A DNA stretch of 63,759 nucleotides, counting the filler, from Stramenopiles sp. TOSAG23-3 (Eukaryota), in assembly GCA_900128585.1 (NCBI GenBank). It is 14 parts of 14 records of this genome, joined end to end, with 100 filler letters (N's around TTAATTAATTAA, not from the genome) between each part and the next. Parts side by side here need not be neighbours in the genome. Positions count along the whole stretch, not along the records: positions 51,564 to 57,882 come from LT643340.1; positions 57,983 to 59,058 come from LT646545.1; positions 59,159 to 60,234 come from LT646546.1; positions 60,335 to 61,409 come from LT646547.1; positions 61,510 to 62,584 come from LT646548.1; positions 62,685 to 63,759 come from LT646549.1; 8 more parts are not named here. One strand, 5' to 3'. Below the pieces are notes generated by a model. The model ran no database searches. It saw nothing but the letters and a program-made list of their open reading frames with translations, and was not told the origin of the DNA. The position numbers and the translations under genes were made by a program. Shown here one piece after another: positions 54,501-63,759 of the stretch. Positions within the stretch are counted from its first letter, which is position 1, and the number at the start of each line of letters is the position of its first letter.

Positions 54501-54604
54501 CCAAAAAATCAAAACTGGGATCGAAGAGCCCTTTTGGGAAGAGAAAGAAGAAACTGGCTGCCGTTGTACCCGACAATGGCACGACGACAGGGTCAAAGAA
54601 ATGA
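51564..54604 (+). CDS. Large membrane protein (5'-partial): Cys-rich TNFR/GCC-like ectodomain, TM, EF-hand, ~7-TM C-terminal domain
   Basis: CPAGQY/CEAGKY repeats, canonical EF-hand DDDDSGYIELEEF, then KIIFSWGQI..F..PWP, YP, FLRADL, YGAIY..F...YYFELVEM.RK. Confidence 0.8.
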
Positions 54605-54844
54605 TGGGATAATCGGATGGAGGTGTGTGGTGTGTGGGTATGATCGATGCAACACACTGCTGCAAAATTTAAAATACAGACTTTATAAGCAATCAAGAAC
54701 TACTGCTCTTGAATTCAGTGCCTCTGTACGTAATTATATTATCTAATTATAGACGACTACTGTAAAAAAAACACTAATGACGACTACTGTAATATTAATA
54801 CTTTGACTAAAAATTATTTCCTTGAGTCTACAAAATAATAAAAG

Positions 54845-54960
54845 TCCTAATTTAACCACAAGAGCAAAGATAAGTTCGAAATTTAGAGTTCAGTTCGCAG
54901 TACATTAATTTTAATTACCTAAATATTAATAACTAAACAGCCAATTTTCTTGTTTTTAAA
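54845..54960 (-). repeat. Dispersed repeat family A, copy 2 (internally deleted)
   Basis: Reverse complement: AAGAAAATTGGCTGTT...TAATGTACTGCGAACTGAACTCTAAATTTCGAACTTATCTTTGCTCTT. Confidence 0.8.
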
Positions 54961-55363
54961 TTTAATCTGATGTTGTAGACGACATTGGTCGTATTAGCTG
55001 TTGCAAAAAAAGTTCTTCTTCTTCTTTTTTTCCTCATCGTCTTCCTCACTCCATCCATCCTGTTGTGGTGTTCCTTCTCTCCTCTCTCGTGTTATTTTAT
55101 TAATATTAAATATTAAATTAAATAATCATCATGCATCATCATATCTCCTCATCATCGTTCTTCGTCGAGATGATGATCCGGGATTGATTGTGCTCTTTTC
55201 TACATCTGTTTAACGCTTGGCCAGAGAAGGAATTGTTAACCAACTTCTCCCAAAGGTAGGAAATTTCTGCCATAACTAGGGACTGAAACAGGTTGTTTGT
55301 TTCTTTTTCATACGCATATATAGGGTGGGGGGGGAAACAAAGCTTAAATTTACGAACAGTCCA

Positions 55364-56158
55364 ATGCCTTCGTCCATAAACGTTCAATTCATTGGCACCG
55401 CCGAGTTTGTGCCTCGTGCCTTAGTCGAGCTTTTGAATCAGGTGTCCAACCCAGACTGCGATGACCAGTTCCCGTTGCTTACGCAGAAGGCGGGCCTTGC
55501 TCGGGTTGCCCTACACGGTGGTCTGTTGTTCTTTACTTTCGGTTGTCACTTGGTGCTTTTGTGTTTTAGCTATTCGCACGGGTGGAGTGCGATCATGCAG
55601 TGGTGCCTGTACGTACTAGGCCTGACGACTTTCCACGTACTGGAATTTTTAATGACTGCGCTGTACAACCCCCGAACTTGTACTGCAGACTCTTTCTTGA
55701 TAAACCACAGCAAAGCATACACCATTGCAGCCATTGCTAGTTGGGTAGAATTTTGGGTGGAAATGTGGTTGTGGCCGGGCATTAAGGGCGCCACGTGGAC
55801 GATTCTTTTTGGGACGTCCGTAGTTTTCGTTGGACAGTTTTGCCGCACGCTAGCCATGTACACGGCCGGCAAGAGCTTCCACCACATCGTTCAAGTAAAT
55901 AAAGATAGCCGTCACCGCTTGATTACAACTGGCATATATTCCCTCCTGAGGCACCCCTCGTATTTCGGTTGGTTCTGGTGGTCCATTGGGACGCAGGTGC
56001 TTCTCGGGAACCCTTTTTGTGTGATTTGCTACGCCTTCGCTTCTCGTGACTTCTTTGCCAACCGAATCCCGTTTGAAGAACAGGCCCTTCGGCAAATGTA
56101 CCCGAAGCAATACGAAGCATACTGTGAAAGAACCCCTGTGTTGATCCCATTCTTGTAA
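55364..56158 (+). CDS. ICMT: Isoprenylcysteine carboxyl methyltransferase
   Basis: FHVLEFL.TA, SFLINHS..Y, RTLAM..AGKSFHH, GIYSLLRHPSYFGWFWWSIGTQ, RIPFEE. Confidence 0.95.
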   Translation: MPSSINVQFIGTAEFVPRALVELLNQVSNPDCDDQFPLLTQKAGLARVALHGGLLFFTFGCHLVLLCFSYSHGWSAIMQWCLYVLGLTTFHVLEFLMTALYNPRTCTADSFLINHSKAYTIAAIASWVEFWVEMWLWPGIKGATWTILFGTSVVFVGQFCRTLAMYTAGKSFHHIVQVNKDSRHRLITTGIYSLLRHPSYFGWFWWSIGTQVLLGNPFCVICYAFASRDFFANRIPFEEQALRQMYPKQYEAYCERTPVLIPFL

Positions 56159-56386
56159 GTAAGTGAGAGAGGAGACATGGTATTGAGAGAGTGTGCTGAG
56201 AGTTGTACGGTTTTGATAAAAATGCAAGCGATTGAACATTGGCACAAGGCGCACACGAAGTTGAGTTTAATTTACGAAGTTTTGACAACTATGATATGAT
56301 AGATATCATAGTGTGTTTTCAACAACGTTTTTATCTGATAACAACAATTTAAAGGTTTTTGTGTAGTTTTAACTTCATAACAATTA

Positions 56387-56590
56387 GAAAATTGGCTGTT
56401 ATTAAACAAGAAAATTGCTTGTTATTTAAGTTATTAAAATTAATGTACTGCGAACTGAAACCTAGATTTAGACATTCTCGGTTTACATTCCTTCATGAAC
56501 TGCGAACTTATCTTTGCTCTTTTGGTTTTACTATTGGCTGTTATTTAAGTAATTAAAATTAAATGTGCTGCGAACTGAACTCTACTGATG
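56387..56590 (+). repeat. Dispersed repeat family A, copy 3 (with partial tandem unit)
   Basis: Near-identical core to copy 1, followed by a second ATTGGCTGTT...CTGCGAACTGAACTCTA unit. Confidence 0.85.
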
Positions 56591-56855
56591 TGATTTTAGT
56601 AATCAATATATCCTTGTCACTTAGCCTTGACTATCATTATCACATATGTACTCCATGCATGATCCGAATCGGTGAGTGAAAAAACGCGTTAACGCCATAA
56701 GACCCATAATCAACTTCCTCATCCAACATCTCACTCATAGATGAATCATTCCTTGTGTGGTTATCCTAACTTATCAATCATAAATGTTCGAATGCACGAT
56801 ATCGTCAATCCTATCGTATTCGCCCGCCGGGGTTTGCCTGGTTTCTACATGACAC

Positions 56856-57686
56856 TCACGTCGGTACAGGGGCGGCGAAGAAATGTTTCAAATCATTTAT
56901 GATCAACGTCTTTTCGTACTCGTTCGCGCGGCTAAACATGGCTCGGAAATGATTGACTTTGGCTTCCGGGTCCAGGTTCTTGAAGTATTTTGTCCACTCC
57001 TCTGGGAACGTCAAATCTTCATAATTTTTCATGGGCAGAGAGCTCATGTCCTTCTTCGTAAACTTCGGCATGCTCGGTGCGCCCTTGGTGGCCCCACCAA
57101 TAAGCCCCAGAAAACAATTAAAAATCATCAACCGCTCGTTCTTTTTTGACAAATTCCAAAACTCTGCCATTATCCCGAGGCGCATGCGGATGTCCGCTTC
57201 CGCTCCGTGAATGGCAAGCCACTCTGGCAAATTTCGGATGGTAGAACGCGTGTTTCGTGCCGCCTTTAGTTGAAGCCGGGCTGCCTTGAGTCTTCTTTTG
57301 TAATCCTCTGCTTTCGGGTCTATCTGCACTGCCTTTTCGTACGCTTCGATGGCTTCTGCGTAGCGTTTCAGCGATGAAAGTGCACTTCCCTTTCGGTGGT
57401 AAGGCTTTAACCAAGTGGGCGAAATGGAAATCGCTGCGTTGGCGTCTGCCAGTGCACTCTCGAAATTTTCCATTTTGAAGTACGCCCCGGACCTGTTACT
57501 GTACAATTTAAAATTTTGGTCGTTCTCCGCGAGCCCTTTGCTGTAAAGGTCCACGGCCTTTTGGTACTCCCCGTTCGCAAAGGCCACATTGCCCTCTTGC
57601 TTGCACTGTTCGTCCAGGGGCACCGTGCTCGCAACGGGCGCCCCTGCAGCTCCTTCGCCCCCTGCCTCGTTCGCCAGTGACGCCAT
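56856..57686 (-). CDS. TPR-domain protein (STI1/HOP TPR1-like N-terminus)
   Basis: KQEGNVAF...AVDLYS...LYSNRSGAY...ALADA...PTWLKPYHRKG.AL: three TPRs plus an unknown C-terminal domain. Confidence 0.85.
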   Translation of the reverse strand: MASLANEAGGEGAAGAPVASTVPLDEQCKQEGNVAFANGEYQKAVDLYSKGLAENDQNFKLYSNRSGAYFKMENFESALADANAAISISPTWLKPYHRKGSALSSLKRYAEAIEAYEKAVQIDPKAEDYKRRLKAARLQLKAARNTRSTIRNLPEWLAIHGAEADIRMRLGIMAEFWNLSKKNERLMIFNCFLGLIGGATKGAPSMPKFTKKDMSSLPMKNYEDLTFPEEWTKYFKNLDPEAKVNHFRAMFSRANEYEKTLIINDLKHFFAAPVPT

Positions 57687-58940
57687 TCTTATTCTCGAAG
57701 AAACTAAATATCAAGCGAATCGATTAGTACGGCAATAACAACGAAAGAAAACGATATTTCTTTTCAAGGATTGATCATGGGTAGAAGGGGGAGAGAGCAA
57801 TAAAAGAGCCTAAAATCTCACACGCTGTTTTTTTTTTGTCAAAATGAAACATAATTATCGCGCGGTGCGGGGGGGGGGGGGGNNNNNNNNNNNNNNNNNN
57901 NNNNNNNNNNNNNNNNNNNNNNNNNNTTAATTAATTAANNNNNNNNNNNNNNNNNNNNNNNNNNNNNNNNNNNNNNNNNNNNGGAAGCGGGTGGCCATGG
58001 AAAAAATCGTGATACATAACAATTTTCCATAACGCTTCTTCCATCTCACATCATCAAATCCTCTCTTCTTCTCCTCTCTCTCCTCTACTACTCCTCGTAC
58101 GTACACTACTTCGAGGACTTCTCTTCTTTTCTTCTTTTTCTTATATCATCATAGTATTAATAATTTAATAATAATAAAACTAATATTATTATATATTAAT
58201 TAGTATAATAGAAGAAAGAAGAATACGCATTTAAGCGGAAAAAGAAAACGTGCAACAACAATGAGTAATAAATAATCCAACCAGAAGAACGCAACTCAAA
58301 ATGGTTGATGATGATGAAAAATTGATCAAGAAATCAAATTAAATAGTCGTCTAATTATTAGTGGGGGGGGGTGCTATACGTATGCTATACGAGGAGTAAC
58401 ACAATTCAGGTTCTTCCTTTGTGTTCTGTGTTAACTAACTACAGAACAGAGCAAAAAAGAATAGTACCGTATAGTAACCCAGAGTCGGAACGAACAGTTG
58501 ACCCAGTTTGACTCATTTTTTAATTGTATTAAGGATTGCTAATAATTTGTTTACCATTGATGCAGTGGATAAATAACAAACCACATAGATTAGATTGTTT
58601 TTGTTTTCCTACATGAGCGTTGCGTTTCCCTTAAGCTGTCAAAGAAATTTCCTGGATAAAAAAAACTGGGCACAACAAAACCGGGAGGGGGGGGGGCACA
58701 GTTGTATTCCGCTGTACCTTGGATTTTACCTTGGTAGTAGAAGAGGAGTAGAGAGCAAAAAATTGAACCAAGAAACTTTCTTTCCACTTGTCAACTACGG
58801 TACGGCACTAAGATTTCCTTGAATGCACAATTTGTTCTCTCGTTCTCTTTTTTGTTGCATTTAAAACTCAAAGAAGGGGTCGCTTTGTGTACCATACCCC
58901 AATTGAACATTCTTCGTGCCAACCCACTGCCGAACCAGCC

Positions 58941-59058
58941 ATGGCCGACTTAACCATTGAGGAACAGATGGAGTTAGCTCGTCAAGAACGTCTTATCAAA
59001 CGAATGGTGGTAAAATTGACCAGTGTCCAAATGAGCAAAGGGTTTTGGCAATGGAGAT
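58941..59058 (+). CDS. 5' end of a hypothetical gene (cut by contig end)
   Basis: GCCATGG start; MADLTIEEQMELARQ...KGFWQWR open to the gap. Confidence 0.45.
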
Positions 59059-59158
59059 NNNNNNNNNNNNNNNNNNNNNNNNNNNNNNNNNNNNNNNNNN
59101 NNTTAATTAATTAANNNNNNNNNNNNNNNNNNNNNNNNNNNNNNNNNNNNNNNNNNNN

Positions 59159-59942
59159 GCAGAAGTCAGATTTAAAAAAGATGAAGAAGAGCATTGAGCG
59201 GCAGAATGAAGCGGCGTCCGCTACAAACAACACGTGGAACAAGATCCGAGCCATGGATTTAGAGGCAGATGGTGATCCGAGGGTCCTGAGCAGAAAATTA
59301 GTTCTTCTCGAAGAAAAGTTCCAAAACGAACTCGCCGAAGTAAAACACTCTTTGGCGATAGAAAGGGCGGCGAGATTGCGTGCGGAAAAGGGCATGTTCA
59401 TGGTGCAAAAATATTCTGCAAATCTGGTGCCAGACATGTATGCGACGGATGACACGGTTCGGGAGAAGGTGCAAAAAATTGACAAGGAACGGCAAGTTGC
59501 GGTTGGCAACGCCCAAAAGTATCGGAACATGTCGAACAAATGGGAGGAGGAGAACAATAAATTGAGAGGAATGGTGGATTTCTTAAAAGAAAAGTTAAGG
59601 TCAAAAAGCCAGGACTTTTGTCTAGTTAAGCGGGAAGTGCACGCATTGTTCGCGGAAAGAAAAAATTTCAATGCGACTGTTGATAGAGAAATAGAGAAAG
59701 AAAAGTTGAGGCAAATGGTGCACTCTTCACGTCTGCAGGCACAGCTTGACGCGGAAGTGGAATGGAGGCTCCGTACAACAAAGCAAGATATAAGTTACCT
59801 GCATAATAAGATAGAACAACTTGGCGTGGGGAAATCTGTGAGTGCACAAGAAGCTAAGTCGCCACCCGCTGAAGTTTTGGTGAGCGTGCACTCAAAAACA
59901 ACCCGCAAAAGTGCTCTTGGGAAAAAGACAAAGAAGGCGTAA
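59159..59942 (+). CDS. 3' part of a coiled-coil protein
   Basis: Open frame from contig start to stop; heptad-rich. Confidence 0.65.
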
Positions 59943-60334
59943 CGAGGGAAGCGGCCCCAATTACATTTCAATGATTATTTTTTAAAATATGAGATATATG
60001 TTAATACATGTGTAATTTTACTTTAAAAAATCGTAAATCGTAAATGAATTTTACACGTCTTACAAAAAATTAAAGTTTATTGCTATAATGATGTACATAT
60101 CATACCCCGATTATTCCATCAAGATAGGATTAGGGTTGGAACTGAAATAGTACGAGGAGTAATTGTTGATTTAAAATGAGAGTCTTAAAACAATACTAAA
60201 ATATATAATTTGTTTTTTTTCATACCCCGATTATNNNNNNNNNNNNNNNNNNNNNNNNNNNNNNNNNNNNNNNNNNNNTTAATTAATTAANNNNNNNNNN
60301 NNNNNNNNNNNNNNNNNNNNNNNNNNNNNNNNNN

Positions 60335-61409
60335 TTTGTTTCGTTGGGCCGGGGAAAGCGTGGCCATTTCACTCGATATTCTTCTGGACGTATTCGACAT
60401 TCTGTCATAGCGGTCGAGGTCTAACCGTTTTCCAGCCTGAAGCAACTTTCGAACGGTCTGTCTCCCTTTTAAACTTGAGATGTTCAGCCTTTTCATCTCT
60501 TGCACACAATGCAATATAAACTTTTCGCTTTTCAGCCATGGGCTGACAAGGTCGACTGCGAAGTCACCAGCATATTTGACAATGTCGGCTTTTCCGTCAA
60601 CGCACCCGGCGTTTTCGTACGCGCTATCCTTTACATCAGCGTAAATGTAAACATCAAACGCGCAGCCGTCGGGGTTGTTGCATTTCAAGCCTATGTAGTA
60701 CGTCTTAAGGCCGTACGATCCGCCTACTTTTATTTCCAGTCGGTTGAGCAGGGCGTTGCCGCGACGGGCCACGCTTTTCCATGTATACTGGCCACGACTC
60801 AGCGTCGGCTGTTTGTTTTCTTTTCCAGACACAACTATGTCCACGCCCTTGTCAAAGTCGGTTTCATGAGCGGATTGAACCAAGACGGTCAACGTGCCTT
60901 CTTGCTTTACTAAGCTCCCCCCTGCCTTCAAGTACAAATAATCGGCTGGGTCCTTCCTGTTCTTCGTTAGTGACATGGTGCGACGAGCGGACTTGCTGTC
61001 GGACAGAAAATTCATCAATTTACGAAATCGCATCTGCGTTGTAATGCCTTTGGGGTCCCTGTACAGTGAAGATTCCAGAAGAAAATCCAACGACTCCTGA
61101 AGCTTTTCTTCTGGGATACGCTTGCACGTGCCACCCATAAACTCTGTCCGTTTTGATTGTGATTTGTACGTTTGTTTTACGTTTGAGTGCAGCGTGTCGT
61201 CTACAAAATGCCCAGGGTTCTCTCGGCCCAAATTTCGGAACAATCGTGCGTTCGTCATGTTGACCGTAGCGTTGTTGCTTCGTCGGTCAGAGAGTTGTTG
61301 AAAATAGCTCACAGCACTTTCTATTGAATTTATTTCAACGGTGCAATGGGGCCCGGTCTCCCCGACGCTGCACTCAAACGTAAAACAAACGTACAAATCA
61401 CAATCAAAA
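60335..61409 (-). CDS. Internal fragment of a hypothetical protein
   Basis: Frame open across essentially the whole contig; no recognised motif. Confidence 0.55.
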
Positions 61410-61509
61410 NNNNNNNNNNNNNNNNNNNNNNNNNNNNNNNNNNNNNNNNNNNNTTAATTAATTAANNNNNNNNNNNNNNNNNNNNNNNNNNNNNNNNNNN
61501 NNNNNNNNN

Positions 61510-62584
61510 CAGAATATCTTGGTGGGGATATCCCAGTAAGTCTTGCTGCGTGTATATGCGATCCGCCTTGGTCGGGGCCACTTTGTGATCAAAACGTGTG
61601 TGAAGGACCCCTGGCCCGTAATTGCAGTGGACACGGGAAGTGTATTCCCAGCGGAGGCGAAGCAACGAAATGTGTATGTGACCCCGGTTTCTCTGGAGAA
61701 GATTGCGAAACCTCTTGTACATCCGTATGCAAAGGAACGTATCCATACGGCTGCAGCACCAATTGGGGCACAGCAGGATGGAATTTAAGATGCAACTCTG
61801 GAGGAGGCTGCTCATATGGCATACACCCACTACCAGGTTGGTGTACTTTTAAGGTCATGCCAGATGATTTAACCTCTTCAATTGATGACGGTTGCAAAGC
61901 CGAAAGCGACTGCACGTACGATGGAACGTGGAATTGCACGGCGGGAAAATGTTCAAACGTAATAAATCGTAAAGATGGAACGCCTTGTAACTCAAAACCA
62001 TACGGCACTTGCACCAATGGAGTTTGTATCGGTCAAAATGTACCTGTTACAGTGTTTCATCCAGTACCGGAAAAGACTACGAAACCTCCCCCTGATTTAG
62101 ACGTTTCTTTAGAAGTCGTTTTGGAAAGTGATGAAAACAGAGTCCGTATTACAATTAATGGGCCAAGCAACGATGCTTGGTTTGGGGTAGGTTTTGGCGC
62201 TGTCTCTATGGCAGATAAACCGTACTCCGTTATTGTGCAAGGTACAGGGGCGATAGTTGAAAGAAAACTTGGGACGCATAGTCCAGGAACAGCGATTCAA
62301 TCCTCCCTTAAATTGGTTTCAAATTCTATTTTTCAAGGTCGCCGGAGAATTGTTGCAACTAGAAATATGACCGGGGCAACGCCGAAACATTACACATTTA
62401 CCAATGCATCAGAAATTAAATATATTTACGCCATCGGTCACACATTACAATTTGCATACCACAAAGCAATGGGGAAGAAAATAGTCAAAGTCGTTGATCT
62501 GAACAATAATCCTGTAGTGACAGCAACAACAACTGCTGCTCCTGCACCTTCCAATGCAGGCAGTAACCAGCAACAACAACAAAA
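61510..62584 (+). CDS. Fragment of a secreted EGF-like/Cys-rich + DOMON-domain protein
   Basis: CSGHGKC...CVCDPGFSGEDC (EGF); ITINGPSNDAWFGVGFGAVSM...ERKLG...IYAIG....YH (DOMON). Confidence 0.7.
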
Positions 62585-62684
62585 NNNNNNNNNNNNNNNN
62601 NNNNNNNNNNNNNNNNNNNNNNNNNNNNTTAATTAATTAANNNNNNNNNNNNNNNNNNNNNNNNNNNNNNNNNNNNNNNNNNNN

Positions 62685-63175
62685 TGTTTTTTCTGCCGCA
62701 GAGGCCGTACCTTTCTCTGGGTTCGTTGCGCTCTCAATTGATATATCCGCATGAAGAAAAGCAGCAACAACTACCTGACTCCTACCTAGTGAATATGTTA
62801 AAGATGATGCGGTTGGAACATTTGCTAGAAGCTACAGAAGAAGACGAGCACGTTCCTGGGGGGCTCGACAGGGTATCGCAATGGTCAGATATTTTGAGTG
62901 GGGGTGAGCAGCAACGAGTTGGCTTTATTCGAGCCTTTTATCACCAGCCACATTTTTGCATAATGGACGAAGCGACGTCAGCATTGGACGAAGAAATGGA
63001 AAGTGTATGCATGGCAGAATGTAAGCGAAAAAACATAACGTGCGTTAGTGTTGGTCATCGCGTTAGCCTAGTCAAATACCATGATAAGATTCTGCACTTG
63101 AAGAGGCAAGACGATTGCGATGACGGAGAATTAAATTTTTGTTTAGAGGACGTGACAAAGACCGCCTCGGATTAA
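62685..63175 (+). CDS. C-terminus of an ABC transporter D family member (5'-partial)
   Basis: FLPQRPY..GSLRSQLIYP, WSDILSGGEQQR, MDEATSALD, SVGHR. Confidence 0.92.
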
Positions 63176-63246
63176 TAGAAAAAGAATTAAGTTTAAGAGT
63201 TTTCTAAGTATACTTGTCATTTTTTTAACTATGTGATAGATACTAG

Positions 63247-63335
63247 AAATGTCTAAATCTAGATTTCAGTTCGCAGTACATTAATTTTAATTACTTAAAT
63301 AACAGCCAATTTTCTTGTGATAGATAACAGCCAGT
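63247..63335 (-). repeat. Dispersed repeat family A, copy 4
   Basis: Reverse complement: CAAGAAAATTGGCTGTTATTTAAGTAATTAAAATTAATGTACTGCGAACTGAAATCTAGATTTAGACATT. Confidence 0.85.
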
Positions 63336-63759
63336 GTCTTGTTTTTTTGATAGCATTAACACAGCATATTAAATAATTACTTCAATTTTTTGTTTTTAAT
63401 GTAAAAAGTCAGTGTTACAACCTCGTAACATATATTGATTAAAAAATAAATGGCCTGTTCAGAGCGTTCCGCCCTTTAATTTGGTTTCTCTTTCATGTTT
63501 CTGCCACTTTTGTGGGCAATGGGTTGTGTTCGATTTTGCATCAGGGAGGCCTGGTGCTTACGTCCATAATTTTCAGCGACCCTTCGCTGAAAATATGGAC
63601 CGTTCCAAAAATAACATAGACAAATAATGTAAGCTCCAAAGGTTGATTGCGTTTCTGTAGTGTAAAGGGTTTTGCGGAGGACTAAATCTGTTAGCTCTGG
63701 GTTTCCTTTACAATGAACGTACACGCACCATGTCAACACAGCGTGATATAACATTCCTG

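Noticed and set aside
58941-59942. Joining the 58941 and 59159 fragments into one gene
   Set aside because: They are separated by an artificial linker between unlinked contigs.
6365-62684. Regularly spaced TTAATTAATTAA motif (~6.4 kb, then ~1.18 kb period)
   Set aside because: Concatenation linker within N runs; the periodicity reflects length-sorted contigs. Cross-contig gene clusters were not inferred.
63476-63759. 92-aa minus-strand ORF at window end
   Set aside because: Possibly a gene 3' end, but too short and motif-free to call.

Overview
Eukaryotic draft assembly, not one locus. It is 14 unlinked contigs (nine of ~6.3 kb, five of ~1.08 kb, in decreasing length) joined by artificial N44-TTAATTAATTAA-N44 spacers, so adjacency is only meaningful within a contig. 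Genes are compact, nearly intron-free and much more GC-rich than the AT-rich intergenic DNA, which carries (GAA)n/(TTTC)n tracts. One clear GT-AG intron, a CFAP77-like gene and TTAGGG repeats suggest a flagellated protist (possibly stramenopile-like; inference only). Recognisable genes: alanyl-tRNA synthetase, FkbM methyltransferase, Egt2/IPN-epimerase-like PLP enzyme, NOXRED1-like, NDUFB4-like, two-domain membrane nucleotide cyclase, GT8, DMC1, SPO11, MRH-domain receptor, TYW3-TYW2/Trm5 fusion, ICMT, TPR protein and an ABCD fragment. The standout is one uninterrupted 1125-aa ORF (48073-51450) fusing almost the whole riboflavin pathway: riboflavin synthase, RibD deaminase and reductase, RibB, RibA and lumazine synthase. 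Also notable: a decayed CRE-like RLE retrotransposon with Ulp1-like (apparently permuted) and OTU protease domains downstream of its endonuclease, head-to-head DMC1/SPO11, an LRR fused to a minimal ADAR/ADAT1 deaminase, a telomeric-repeat hairpin, and dispersed intergenic repeat families. All family assignments come from motif recognition by eye, not database searches.
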